Shown in pieces: positions 8,660-18,253 of a stretch of 64,000 nt of DNA. How positions within the stretch are numbered: the first letter of the stretch is position 1; every line of letters begins with the position of its first letter. Origin of the DNA: Longimicrobiales bacterium (GTDB lineage: Bacteria; Gemmatimonadota; Gemmatimonadetes; Longimicrobiales; Gaopeijiaceae); assembly GCA_965116905.1 (NCBI GenBank), contig OZ220732.1:2816001-2880000 (forward strand), written 5' to 3'. Under the pieces are notes generated by a model. The model was not told the origin of the DNA. It made no database searches and saw only the letters and a list, made by a program, of their open reading frames with translations. Made by a program: the position numbers and the translations under genes.

Positions 8660-10218
8660 GACTCGTCGTCCCCGGTCGCGGTCGCCCCGTCGTCCACGCC
8701 ATCCCCGGGTTCGTCGGGGACACCATCGTCCTCCGCCTCCCGCCAGTCGACCGGATCGTAGGGGCCCTCCTCGAAGTCGTAGTCGATGGGACGGCGGCCG
8801 CCGCGCGTCACGATGACCGCGCCCAGGCCGGTCAGCGTTGCAGCGACGCTTGCGATGGTGCCCATACCGATGACGAGTGAGCCTGTCCAGCTCACCAGGG
8901 GCAGCACCTGAAGCGCGTTGCCGACAACGAAGGGGACGGTCAGCGCGGCAAGGCCGAGGAGGCGGAGGTGGGTCGGGCTGGCGGGATCGACCCGGTCGAG
9001 CCACGGGAAGTCGTGCTCGAGCACCCATCTTCCCACCTGCTGTCCGACGCCCACGTATCCCATGAATCCCGCGACCAGCACCGCCAGCGGGAAGAGCGGC
9101 ACCCAGGCCAGCAGCACCGGCAGGCCCACGACCGAGATCGCGAGCACCACGATACCGAGGACATAGACCGGGAGGATCAGGAAGCCGCCGGCAAAGCCGA
9201 CCACAGCGCTGCGCGCCGGCTGGCGTCCGACCGCCCTGGTGACCACGTCCAGCCGATCCGCGGAGAAACGCGTCATGAGCAGCGTCAACAGACCCAGGAT
9301 GACGAAGGTGACCCCGGTCCCGACGATATCGCCCATGGCGCGGCCGACTCGCGCGAATCCGCTCGTCCGTCTGGCTCCCCGCGTGCGGCTCAGCTCACGC
9401 GTGACCTCGGCCGCGATCTCCTCGCGGAACCGGCTCTCCGCCCGCCGCAGCTGCCGCGTCACGTCCACCACCTCGCCGTCCACCTCGCCGCCGCGACGTT
9501 CCAGGTCCGACTGGATCAGGTGGATGTCGCCATCGACCTCTCCGTCCTCCCGCAGCGTGATGGTGCCATCGAGCACGATCACGTCGCCGTCGACGCTCCC
9601 GCGGACATCCAGGTGCCCTCCCACGACCAGCACGGACCCCGAGTGCGACGTTCCCTCGCGCACCGTGTGGTCCTGATGCAGCCAGATCCCCAGCGACTCC
9701 AGGTCGACATCCTCGAGGGCCGTGCCCAGGGCCTCCACGTTTTCACTGTGCGCGACGGCCTCCAGGAGTTCCCCCATCCTTTGCCCGGCCACGGAGCGGC
9801 TCACGCCTCCGCCGGCGCCGGCGACGGCACCTTCCAGGGCACCGTCAATCGCCTGAAGGAGGTCCGCCTCGGCTCCGCCCAGATCCGGATCCGGCTCCCA
9901 GCGCTCGAGCGCGACGGCCAATGGACCGTTCGACAGGGAAAGGACGTCCGAGAGCAGGCTGCGCCACTCCCGTTCGGCTGCACCACCGGATTGGTAGGTG
10001 CCCAGGACCTCGCCGTTGGCCGTGACGCGACCGTTCTCGAAGGTGATCGAGAACGTCGCGCCGTCGGAAAACTCGAGTTCCAGCGACGCCTCGGAGCTGG
10101 AGACTCCCAGCTGATTGGAGACGACCTGTCGCTCCTGAGCCGCGGCATCTGCGGTGGCGAGCATTCCGCCACCGGCGGCTGCGGCGAGCAACCAGTTCAT
10201 TCGGTCAAATCGGTACAT
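8656..10218 (-). CDS. Membrane protein with bactofilin/polymer-forming-like beta-helix and C-terminal multi-TM domain
   Basis: Signal peptide; VVGGHLDVRGSVDGDVIVLDGTITL...VDGDIHL repeats; about 6 TM segments; acidic tail. Confidence 0.7.
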   Translation of the reverse strand: MYRFDRMNWLLAAAAGGGMLATADAAAQERQVVSNQLGVSSSEASLELEFSDGATFSITFENGRVTANGEVLGTYQSGGAAEREWRSLLSDVLSLSNGPLAVALERWEPDPDLGGAEADLLQAIDGALEGAVAGAGGGVSRSVAGQRMGELLEAVAHSENVEALGTALEDVDLESLGIWLHQDHTVREGTSHSGSVLVVGGHLDVRGSVDGDVIVLDGTITLREDGEVDGDIHLIQSDLERRGGEVDGEVVDVTRQLRRAESRFREEIAAEVTRELSRTRGARRTSGFARVGRAMGDIVGTGVTFVILGLLTLLMTRFSADRLDVVTRAVGRQPARSAVVGFAGGFLILPVYVLGIVVLAISVVGLPVLLAWVPLFPLAVLVAGFMGYVGVGQQVGRWVLEHDFPWLDRVDPASPTHLRLLGLAALTVPFVVGNALQVLPLVSWTGSLVIGMGTIASVAATLTGLGAVIVTRGGRRPIDYDFEEGPYDPVDWREAEDDGVPDEPGDGVDDGATATGDDES

Positions 10219-11119
10219 AACGACGCTCCGAAACCGGGATCTTGATGATGTTCCTGTAGAGAACCCAAGCCGAAACCAGCGTGAGACAGGCGAAAAGAAG
10301 AACAGTCGCGGCGATGGCCGGCCCCGGTGGCGCCACCCCGTCGAGGAATCCGAACACGCCGCCCAGCGCGCTCCCGAAACCGCTGTTCACGAGACCCGAA
10401 ACGGCCTCGGCGGTCTTGGTCCACAGGAAGCTCGCGACGTTGGACGCCGTGACAAGGGGATTGTTGGAAAAGAGCATGTATGCGGTCGCCAGCACGGCGG
10501 TGGTCGGGCCGAATGCGATACCGGATGCGGCCGCGAGACGGTCCGCCGGGCGAGACCAGGCACGCCTTATCCGCCGGGCGAAACCGCTGCGCCGGGCAGA
10601 TGTCGCGGACGCCGCGGGCGCCGTGGCGACCCGGGCCATGACCCGGTCACCGAATCCCGCCGCCGGCGCATGGGTGGGCAGCCGGTCCAGTTCGTCGTGC
10701 AATCGCCTCCATGTGGCAAGGGCGCGGGCCGCTTCGGGGTCGCGTGCCACGAATGCGGACAGGGCCTTGGCCTGGCGCGCCGGGAGGCCTTCGTCCAGGA
10801 GGCTGGCGAGTGCATTCGGCACGATGGCGAATGAACCCCCGCCGATCCACGCGCGCAGGCGAACACGCCAGGATCTTCCCGCGTACAGCGCCGCGAGCAC
10901 ACGGACCCTGAAGTCCGGCGAGGGCGCGAACACGGCGAGCTGATCGAGGGCCGCCAGTACCGAGCGAAAGGCGCGAACCTCGGCCTCGAGCCCGGGATTG
11001 CCCGCGATCTCCCGTTCGAACTCGGCGGCCTCGGCGGAGCGCAGTTCGCCGTCCAGATACGAGAATATCCTTCTCGTCTCCGGGTTCAGGACCCCTGCTT
11101 TGCGCTCGATTCTCGTCAC
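10205..11119 (-). CDS. Transmembrane anti-sigma factor with two tandem ASD (zf-HC2-like) domains lacking Zn ligands
   Basis: SYLDGEL...APSPDFRVRVLAAL and SLLDEGL...APAAGFGDRVMARV; two C-terminal TM segments; GGAGGAG RBS before GTG 11119; follows the ECF sigma gene. Confidence 0.75.
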   Translation of the reverse strand: MTRIERKAGVLNPETRRIFSYLDGELRSAEAAEFEREIAGNPGLEAEVRAFRSVLAALDQLAVFAPSPDFRVRVLAALYAGRSWRVRLRAWIGGGSFAIVPNALASLLDEGLPARQAKALSAFVARDPEAARALATWRRLHDELDRLPTHAPAAGFGDRVMARVATAPAASATSARRSGFARRIRRAWSRPADRLAAASGIAFGPTTAVLATAYMLFSNNPLVTASNVASFLWTKTAEAVSGLVNSGFGSALGGVFGFLDGVAPPGPAIAATVLLFACLTLVSAWVLYRNIIKIPVSERRYVPI

Positions 11120-11148
11120 TGTTGTGCTCCTCCGGGATTCGCCTTCAC

Positions 11149-11175
11149 TACGGTCCGTAAAATCCGCTGGTTTCA
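11149..11175 (-). promoter_or_regulatory. SigW-type ECF promoter
   Basis: Minus strand TGAAAC-CAGCGGATTTTACGGAC(17)-CGTA, 30 nt upstream of the anti-sigma GTG. Confidence 0.65.
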
Positions 11176-11204
11176 CTACGTGCGCCACCCGCGGCGGGTT
11201 GCGG

Positions 11205-11801
11205 CTAGCCGGGCTCGACGACGTGGGCCAGCGACTCCTTCAACTCGAGACGGGCCCTGTGGATGTAGGTCTTCACCGTGCCCAGCGGCAATCCCATGAT
11301 CTCCGCAATTTCCTTGTAGGAGTAACCCTCCACGTGCCTGAGCAGCGTCACGGCGCGGTACTCGGGCCGCAGCTTGCCGATCGCGGCTTCGATCTGGCTT
11401 CCCAGTTCCATGTTCTCCACATAGGCATCCGGGCGTTCGTCCGGGGACTCCACGATCGGCGTGGTCTGTGCCTGCGCTTCCTCCGTGAGGGCGTGGGGAG
11501 ACCCCTGCAGCGATATGGTATCGAGCCGCTTCTTGCGCAGGTGGTCGATGGTGACGTTGTTGGCGATCTTGAAGATCCAGCTGGAGAACTTGTACTTCGG
11601 ATTGTAGCTGCCGATCGCGTTGAAGGCGCGGATGAAGGCTTCCTGGGACAGATCCTCTGCGAGACTCCGGTCACGGACCATTCGATAGACGAGCGAGAAG
11701 ACCGGCCGCTCGTAGCGCTTGAGCAGCTCGCGGAACGCACTCTGGCGTCCGTTGGCGGCCAGGGCGGCCAGGGTTCTGTCGTCGGGCGCGGGATCTTGCA
11801 A
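11205..11801 (-). CDS. ECF RNA polymerase sigma factor (SigW-like)
   Basis: AEDLSQEAFIRAF, KFSSWIFKIANN, YSYKEIAEIMGLPLGTVKTYIHRAR. Confidence 0.95.
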   Translation of the reverse strand: MQDPAPDDRTLAALAANGRQSAFRELLKRYERPVFSLVYRMVRDRSLAEDLSQEAFIRAFNAIGSYNPKYKFSSWIFKIANNVTIDHLRKKRLDTISLQGSPHALTEEAQAQTTPIVESPDERPDAYVENMELGSQIEAAIGKLRPEYRAVTLLRHVEGYSYKEIAEIMGLPLGTVKTYIHRARLELKESLAHVVEPG

Positions 11802-12009
11802 GGACTGCGCGTGGGGCCGTGGGCCGTCCCTTGAAGGAAGCGTGGCTCCGCGGGACCGCCGTGACGATCCCCGGTGGATTCGAGAACGGACTACGTTTCA
11901 GGGGCGAATTCCCGTCAGTCGGACGCGTGGCGGGTGGATTCGGCTCCGGTGGGGATTCTACGTTTTCGAGTTCCATTCTACCACGTTACCAGATTCCAGG
12001 AGGTACGGC

Positions 12010-12777
12010 TTGGCGGCTTCGCGGGACGCGGACCCGGCAGCCGGAGACGCTCGCGCCGCACAGGTTCGGACGCTCTTCAGCGAGATCGCGCCTCGTTACG
12101 ATCTCCTGAATCATGTTCTGAGCCTGAACATCGACCGGAAGTGGCGTCGGCAAGCGGTACGGGCCCTCGGCTGGGAACTCGCCCCGCGCGGGACCTACCT
12201 GGACGCGTGTTCCGGCACCTTCGATCTCGCACTCGAACTGGCGGGGCGGCAAGGCTTTGCGGGCCGTGTGGTAGGGGCCGATTTCGCCCTGCCCATGCTG
12301 GCCCGGGGGATGCCCAAGATCCAGGCGGCTTCGGTGGCGGCCGTGTGCGGCGACACGCAGCAGCTTCCGTTCGCGACGGCCACGTTCGCGGGGGCGACGG
12401 TCGGCTTCGGAGTGCGCAATCTTTCCGATCTGGCGGCCGGGTTCCGCGAACTGCACCGCGTGCTCAAGCCCGGTGGACGCCTGGTGGTGCTGGAGTTCAC
12501 GGTGCCGCCCGGGAGCATCCTGCGTGCGGCGTACCTGCTCTACTTCAATCGGATTCTGCCGGTGATCGGACGCCTGGTGTCGGGTCATCCGTGGGCGTAC
12601 GAGTACCTGCCCCGGTCGGTGCGTGACTTTCCCGGTCCCCGCGCGCTGGCCCGGCTTCTGCAGAGCGCGGGGTTCGCGGCGGTCGAGTGGCGTCTGGTCA
12701 ATCGGGGGATCGCGGCCATTCACGTGGCGTCGAAGGCCGGTCGGGAAAGTCCTCCAGTCCCTCGGAGAGCACGGTAA
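12010..12777 (+). CDS. menG: Demethylmenaquinone/ubiquinone methyltransferase
   Basis: IAPRYDLLNHVLS, LDACSGTFD, VGFGVRN, RVLKPGG, AYEYLP; AGGAGG RBS before TTG 12010. Confidence 0.9.
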   Translation: MAASRDADPAAGDARAAQVRTLFSEIAPRYDLLNHVLSLNIDRKWRRQAVRALGWELAPRGTYLDACSGTFDLALELAGRQGFAGRVVGADFALPMLARGMPKIQAASVAAVCGDTQQLPFATATFAGATVGFGVRNLSDLAAGFRELHRVLKPGGRLVVLEFTVPPGSILRAAYLLYFNRILPVIGRLVSGHPWAYEYLPRSVRDFPGPRALARLLQSAGFAAVEWRLVNRGIAAIHVASKAGRESPPVPRRAR

Positions 12778-14221
12778 CCGGCCCGAGCTCCGAGGGTGAA
12801 CCGTCGAAGCGGGTCGTGTCGCCGACCAGGAGAATGGTCATTCGGGCCGGGTCCACCTCCGCCTGGAACACCTCCAGGACATCGTCGGCGGTCACGTCGC
12901 GAATGCCGTCGAGGTACCGCTCGAGCCAGTTTTCGGGAAGTCCCAGGCTCTCGTAGGTCATGCCGCGCGCCACGACCTGCAGGGGTGTGCGAAAGTTGAA
13001 GACGAACCCGTTGACGATCTCGCCCACGGCGTGCTCCACTTCGTCGGTGTCCGGTGCCTTGGCGCGCACGGAGTCGAGAGCGGCCAGCAACAGGCGCGCC
13101 GCGGCGAGCGTGCGCCCGGGCCTGGTCCGCGTCAGCGCGCCCACCAGCCCGTCGTCTCTCCGCGATGTGGTCCAGATCGACGACGCGCCATAGGTCAACC
13201 CCTGGCGGGTCCGAAGCTCCGTGGCGAGCCGGCTGGAGAGCCCCGAAGCCCCCAGAATCGAGTTCGCGATCCGCGAGGCGAAGTACTCGCCGGTGTCACC
13301 CTGGCGCAACGAGGACGAGTGGGCGAGCACCACGACGCTCTGCTCGATCTCCTTCTGGATCACGAAGACGCCCGGCTCGGTACGGATGTCGGGCTGCGGA
13401 TCCTCGAGGAGGTTCTCCGAGCACGGCGGCCAATCGTCCAGGATCCCCTCCAGCAGCCGGTGCGCACGGCTCCAGGTGATATCTCCGGCGACACCGAGCA
13501 CCATGTTCCCGGGACAGATGACCGCCTCGTGGACGAACCGCAGCTTTTCCTCGCTGAGGTCGTCGGGTTCGAGGTCCGAAGGCGCCATCTCCCAGCCGAC
13601 GGGGTGGTCTCCGTACATGATGCGGTTGAAGCGGCTGAAGGCCAGCGAGGCCGGATCGTCGCGGCGCCGCCGCACGCGCTCGAGCTCCGCGCCGCGCCAG
13701 ACCTCCACCTGGGTCGAGTCGAAGCGCGGCCAGCGGAGCATGTCGGCCCAGAGCGACACGGCTTCGTCGAGCTGCCCCGTGAGTGTGTTGATCCACGACG
13801 AGGAGCCGCCGCCTCCCTGTCCGAAGCTGGTTGCGAGCGCCAGCAACTCGATCCGGGCGTCCACCGAATCGGGCGGCAGGTCCCTGGTGCCGCCGGTGCG
13901 CATCAGCCCGGGGACGGCGGTGGCGGCGGCGAAGTGGTCGCGTGCGAACCTCCGCACGCCGCCGCGGAAGGTGGCGTAGATGGTCACCAGCGGAAGTTCC
14001 CGGTCCTCGGCGAAGTACACCGGCACGCCCCTCACCGTTTCCTTGCGCGGCTTGACGGGGCTGAAGCGCAACTCCGGGAATTCCAGCGCGTCGATCCGCT
14101 CCCGGACCGACTCCTGGGCCGAAGCCGGGCGCACGCCGCCGGCAAGGGCTGCCGCAACGGCCGATGTCGCGGCGGCCAGCAGGGCGGTGCGGAACGGGGC
14201 GCCCCGGGCATGCATGTTCAC
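12698..14221 (-). CDS. M16 (pitrilysin/insulinase) family protein, non-catalytic subunit
   Basis: ILGASGLSSRLATELRTRQGLTY (R/Y pair); no HxxEH; signal peptide; GTGA overlap with the upstream stop. Confidence 0.85.
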   Translation of the reverse strand: MNMHARGAPFRTALLAAATSAVAAALAGGVRPASAQESVRERIDALEFPELRFSPVKPRKETVRGVPVYFAEDRELPLVTIYATFRGGVRRFARDHFAAATAVPGLMRTGGTRDLPPDSVDARIELLALATSFGQGGGGSSSWINTLTGQLDEAVSLWADMLRWPRFDSTQVEVWRGAELERVRRRRDDPASLAFSRFNRIMYGDHPVGWEMAPSDLEPDDLSEEKLRFVHEAVICPGNMVLGVAGDITWSRAHRLLEGILDDWPPCSENLLEDPQPDIRTEPGVFVIQKEIEQSVVVLAHSSSLRQGDTGEYFASRIANSILGASGLSSRLATELRTRQGLTYGASSIWTTSRRDDGLVGALTRTRPGRTLAAARLLLAALDSVRAKAPDTDEVEHAVGEIVNGFVFNFRTPLQVVARGMTYESLGLPENWLERYLDGIRDVTADDVLEVFQAEVDPARMTILLVGDTTRFDGSPSELGPVTVLSEGLEDFPDRPSTPREWPRSPD

Positions 14222-15738
14222 GAGGGTCCCTTTCGGACCATCGTCGCGACCGTCCGGCTTTGCGGCGTCAGATACCGGATCGCGGCCCGCTGCACGTCCT
14301 CGGGGGTGACGTCGGCGATGCGCCGCGACAGGCGGAAGGTCTCTCGCCAGTCCCCGAACGAGGCCTGCGAGGCGGCGATCTGCAAGGCGAGCTCGAGGTT
14401 CGACGAGAGGCGGCGAAACTCGCCCGCGCTGATCTGGTTCCTGATGCGGAGCAGGGCCGAGGCATCCGGCGGCTCCCGTTTGATCGCCTCGATCTCCTCG
14501 TAGACGGCCGCTTCGATCTCGGCTGGCGTGTGCGGCGATTTCGGCACCGCGCTCACGATGAAAAGGCGAGGGTGGTCGAAGCCGGGTCCCTGGTAGGCGG
14601 AGACGTGCAGGGCGGACTGGTCGCGGGCGATGAGGCGCTGGTAGAGGCGCGTGGTCCTTCCTGCGGTGAGTACGGACGCGAGCATGGACAGGGCCGGGGC
14701 GTCCTCGTGGAGACCGGACACGCCCCGCCATCCGATCATGACCCGGGGTTCGGCGTCGAACTCGACGGTGATGCGGCGTTCACCGGCCTGTTCAGGTTCA
14801 CGGGCCGTCACCGGTGCCGCGGGGACTCCGGCAGGCACGTCGCTGAAGTACTCCTCGGCCCACTCGATGACCTGGCCGGGATCCACATCGCCGACGATGG
14901 ACGCGACGGCGTTGCGCGCACCGTAGTAGGCGCGAAAGTACTCCAGCGCCTGTCGGCGCGTCAGGGATTCGAGGTCCGCGGTGTGACCGATCACGGGGAC
15001 GCCGTACGGATGGACCTGAAAGGCCGTCGCGAGCAGCGAGGTCTCCAGGATGCCGCCCGGGCTGGTCTCCAGCCGCAATCGCCTTTCCTCGCGCACGACG
15101 TCCAGTTCGGTGGAGAAGCCGCGCATGACGGGGTTCGTCATCCGATCCGCTTCCAGCAGGAACCACAGCTCCAGCCGATTGGCCGGGAGTTCGACGAAAT
15201 ACCTCGTCGACTCGTGCATGGTGGTCGCGTTGAGTCCCCTGGCCCCGTGGGCCGTCAGGATCCGGTCGAACTCGTTCGGGATCGCGAGCGCATGCGCCTG
15301 CGACTCGATGGCGATCGCCAGGCTCCGCAGCCGCCGGACCTCGGCGGAGTCGGGTGCGCGCCCGGCAAGCTCGGCGATCAGGGAGTCCCGCACCGCATCC
15401 GCCGCGTCCATGAGAGGCGACTCTCCCGCGCGGTCCCGCGTGCCGATCTCTTCGCTGCCCTTGAAGAGCATGTGCTCGACCACGTGTGCGATGCCGGTGT
15501 TGCCCAGGTGTTCGTTGACCGAGCCGACCGGGTAGTGAACTACCAGCGACACGGTCGGAGACTGGCGGCGCGGCAGGATGAGGAACGTCATCCCGTTCTC
15601 CAGCGTATGCTGCGCCACGGGCAGCGCTTCACCCGGTGCCGCGCCGACTGGTGACTCCTGCGCCGAGGCCGGCGAAACCGGCGCCGGCTGGAGCCCGCAC
15701 AGAGCGGCCAGCGAGAGGACGATGGGGTTGCGCATCAT
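14218..15738 (-). CDS. M16 family zinc peptidase, catalytic subunit
   Basis: GIAHVVEHMLFKG (HxxEH), LNATT, VVREERR; signal peptide. Confidence 0.9.
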   Translation of the reverse strand: MMRNPIVLSLAALCGLQPAPVSPASAQESPVGAAPGEALPVAQHTLENGMTFLILPRRQSPTVSLVVHYPVGSVNEHLGNTGIAHVVEHMLFKGSEEIGTRDRAGESPLMDAADAVRDSLIAELAGRAPDSAEVRRLRSLAIAIESQAHALAIPNEFDRILTAHGARGLNATTMHESTRYFVELPANRLELWFLLEADRMTNPVMRGFSTELDVVREERRLRLETSPGGILETSLLATAFQVHPYGVPVIGHTADLESLTRRQALEYFRAYYGARNAVASIVGDVDPGQVIEWAEEYFSDVPAGVPAAPVTAREPEQAGERRITVEFDAEPRVMIGWRGVSGLHEDAPALSMLASVLTAGRTTRLYQRLIARDQSALHVSAYQGPGFDHPRLFIVSAVPKSPHTPAEIEAAVYEEIEAIKREPPDASALLRIRNQISAGEFRRLSSNLELALQIAASQASFGDWRETFRLSRRIADVTPEDVQRAAIRYLTPQSRTVATMVRKGPS

Positions 15739-16565
15739 GGCGGGGCAGCCTGGCACCGTGGGCAGAAAAATGCGGAGCGGCCGCCGAAGACGATGCGCTC
15801 GATGGGCGTGCGGCAGCGGACGCAAGCGTCGCCCGCGCGGCCATACGCGTGCAACGCGCGGCCGAACCTGCCGACATCCCCTTCCGCGTTGCGGTAGTTG
15901 CGCAGGGTGGTGCCTCCGGCTCGGATCGCGCGTCGGAGCACCCGCCGGACGGCGCGGTGGAGTCGGGCGGCGGCTTCTTCGCCGATCGCGTTCGCCGGAG
16001 TGGCGGGGTGGACCCGCGCGAACCACAGCGCCTCGACCGCATAGATGTTGCCGACGCCGGCGACCTTTCTCTGGTCGAGAAGAAGTGAGCGGATCGGAGC
16101 GCGTGACCGCGAGAGCGTCCTCCGCAACACCCTTGCGGTGAAGGAGCGCGCCAGCGGTTCGGGGCCGAGCCGGCGGGACCAGCCCCGCCACTCCGTGCGC
16201 GGAATGAATGTGAGGAGGCCGAAGCGCCGCACGTCGTCATAGGTCACGCGACCGCCGTCGGCGAGGCGAAAATGTACCGCGGGGTGGGTCGTGCGGCGCG
16301 CCGGCCCCGAATTCACGCCGGACAGGATCCGGCCGGTCATTCCCAGGTTGATCACCAAACGGCTTCCGTCTTCGAAGGTGAAGACCACGTTCTTGCCCCT
16401 CCGGCCCACACCGCGAAACTGGCGGCCCGGCAGTGCTGCCGCAAAGGCGTGGGACGGACCCTTCACGACGTCGTCCCGGAGGACGGTCACGCCCGCGATG
16501 ACGCGCCCCGGCAGAACCGCATCCAGCCCGCGGGCGATGGTCTCGGCTTCGGGGAGCTCCGGCAA
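15735..16565 (-). CDS. mutM: Formamidopyrimidine-DNA glycosylase
   Basis: (M)PELPEAET from TTG, RRGK, LGMTG, DVRRFG, AGVGNIY, C-terminal CVRC...CPRC zinc finger. Confidence 0.95.
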   Translation of the reverse strand: MPELPEAETIARGLDAVLPGRVIAGVTVLRDDVVKGPSHAFAAALPGRQFRGVGRRGKNVVFTFEDGSRLVINLGMTGRILSGVNSGPARRTTHPAVHFRLADGGRVTYDDVRRFGLLTFIPRTEWRGWSRRLGPEPLARSFTARVLRRTLSRSRAPIRSLLLDQRKVAGVGNIYAVEALWFARVHPATPANAIGEEAAARLHRAVRRVLRRAIRAGGTTLRNYRNAEGDVGRFGRALHAYGRAGDACVRCRTPIERIVFGGRSAFFCPRCQAAPP

Positions 16566-16569
16566 GGCG

Positions 16570-16890
16570 TCACTCCAGCACGACGGCAGTCCCGCTCGAG
16601 GACACCATGAGCATGCCGTTCTGTGACCCCAGCACCTCGTAGTCCAGGTCCACCCCGACGACCGCGGTGGCGCCGCGGGCCCGGGCCTCCTCCGCCATCT
16701 CCCGGAGGGCTTCCTCGCGGCACTCGCGAAGGGCGTTCTCATAGGACGCCGAACGTCCGCCCACGATATCCCGGACGCTGGCCAGGATGTCCTTGAAAAT
16801 GTTCGCCCCGATGATGGCCTCGCCCGTTACGATCCCGAGGTAGCCCCGCACGCGATGCCCTTCCAGGGTGGGAGTCGTCGTAATGATCAT
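16570..16890 (-). CDS. YbjQ/UPF0145 family protein
   Basis: [31 protein letters not shown]. Confidence 0.9.
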   Translation of the reverse strand: MIITTTPTLEGHRVRGYLGIVTGEAIIGANIFKDILASVRDIVGGRSASYENALRECREEALREMAEEARARGATAVVGVDLDYEVLGSQNGMLMVSSSGTAVVLE

Positions 16891-16912
16891 TGCTGCCTTG
16901 CCTGTTCCTTTG

Positions 16913-16945
16913 TCGTTGTCTGGTTGTCAGGTTGCCGGGTTGTCG
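16913..16945. repeat. Imperfect octamer tandem repeat GGTTGYCN x4 upstream of ybjQ
   Basis: cgttgtct ggttgtca ggttgccg ggttgtcg. Confidence 0.7.
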
Positions 16946-16972
16946 TTTCCCGGGAAGTGGCCGGCCAACGCC

Positions 16973-18241
16973 CTACCCGCGGCGTTCGGCCTCCCTCCAC
17001 CCGATATCGCGGCGGAATTGCCGCCCTTCGAAGGAGATCGCCTCCGCGGCCTCGCGGCTGCGTCGGCGTGCTTGCCGGAAGTCCCCGGCGGTGGCGGTGA
17101 CCGCCAATACGCGCCCGCCCGAGGTGACGAGCCCGCCCCCCTCCATCCGCGTGCCGGCGTGGAAGACCTCCACGCCCGCGGGCATGGGGGGCAGCGAGAT
17201 CGGGGCTCCCTTCGGGTATGCGCCAGGATAGCCCTCGGCCGCGAGCACCGTCGTTACGGCCGCGCCCTCTCGGAAGACGGGCGCGTGTCCGGCGAGCCCT
17301 CCGCCCTCCGCGATCGCCATCATGGGTTCCAGGAGCGACGAATCCAGAAGCGGCAGCACCGCCTGCGTCTCCGGATCGCCGAAGCGGCAGTTGAATTCGA
17401 CCACCCTGGGTCCGTTCGCGGTGATCATCAGCCCCGCGTAGAGGAGTCCGCTGAACGGAGAGCCGGATTCGGCCATCGCCCGAAGCACCGGTGCGACGAT
17501 GCGCTCGCCCACCTCGGTCATGAGGGCGTCCGTCACGAACCCCACGGGAGCGTACGCGCCCATCCCGCCCGTGTTCGGTCCCGTGTCGCCCTCGCCGATG
17601 CGCTTGTGGTCCTGGGAGGAGAGCAGGGGGACGAAGTCCTCGCCATGAGCCAGGCAGAATACGGACAACTCCTCCCCCTCCATGTATTCCTCGACGACCA
17701 CCTTGCTGCCCGCGTTTCCGAAGGCGCCGGCCAGCATGCTTCGTGCGGTGCGCACCGCCTCGTCCACCGTCTCGCACACCACCGCGCCCTTTCCCGCGGC
17801 GAGTCCCGATGCCTTGACGACGACCGGGGCGCCGCAGGCCTCGATGTATGCCGCCGCCTCCTCCGGGTCGGTGTGGACCTCGTATGCGGCCGTGGGCACG
17901 TCGGCCTCCGCCATCAGGTCCTTCGCGTACGCCTTGCTGGACTCGATCCGTGCCGCCGCCGCCGACGGGCCGAATGCCGGGACGCCGGACTGGCGCATGC
18001 GGTCGGCCATTCCGGCCGCGAGTGGCCCCTCCGGGCCGATCACCGCGAGGTCGATGCGGCGCGACGCGGCCCAGCCCGCCAGAGCCACGACATCGGTCGG
18101 GGCGATGTCGACCGCCGTGCATTCGTCCGTCATTCCTCCGTTGGGGCGGGTTGCGAAGAAGGAGGCGGCCGGCACGTCGTGCCGCAGCTTCCAGAGCAGG
18201 GCGTGTTCGCGGCCACCGTTGCCCACGATCAGGATACGCAT
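16973..18241 (-). CDS. purD: Phosphoribosylamine-glycine ligase
   Basis: GNGGREHAL, GPEGPL, KASGLAAGKG, QDHKR, GPNTGGMG, EFNCRFGDPETQ. Confidence 0.97.
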   Translation of the reverse strand: MRILIVGNGGREHALLWKLRHDVPAASFFATRPNGGMTDECTAVDIAPTDVVALAGWAASRRIDLAVIGPEGPLAAGMADRMRQSGVPAFGPSAAAARIESSKAYAKDLMAEADVPTAAYEVHTDPEEAAAYIEACGAPVVVKASGLAAGKGAVVCETVDEAVRTARSMLAGAFGNAGSKVVVEEYMEGEELSVFCLAHGEDFVPLLSSQDHKRIGEGDTGPNTGGMGAYAPVGFVTDALMTEVGERIVAPVLRAMAESGSPFSGLLYAGLMITANGPRVVEFNCRFGDPETQAVLPLLDSSLLEPMMAIAEGGGLAGHAPVFREGAAVTTVLAAEGYPGAYPKGAPISLPPMPAGVEVFHAGTRMEGGGLVTSGGRVLAVTATAGDFRQARRRSREAAEAISFEGRQFRRDIGWREAERRG

Positions 18242-18253
18242 ATCGCTACGGGG

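Noticed and set aside
11802..12009. Autoregulatory ECF promoter upstream of the sigma gene (TGAAAC and CGTA words, GGTGGATTCG x2)
   Set aside because: The words are not at 16-17 nt spacing, so no complete promoter could be built.
12698..15738. M16 gene lacking HxxEH as a pseudogene
   Set aside because: Intact ORF; catalytic plus non-catalytic heterodimer pairs are normal for M16B.
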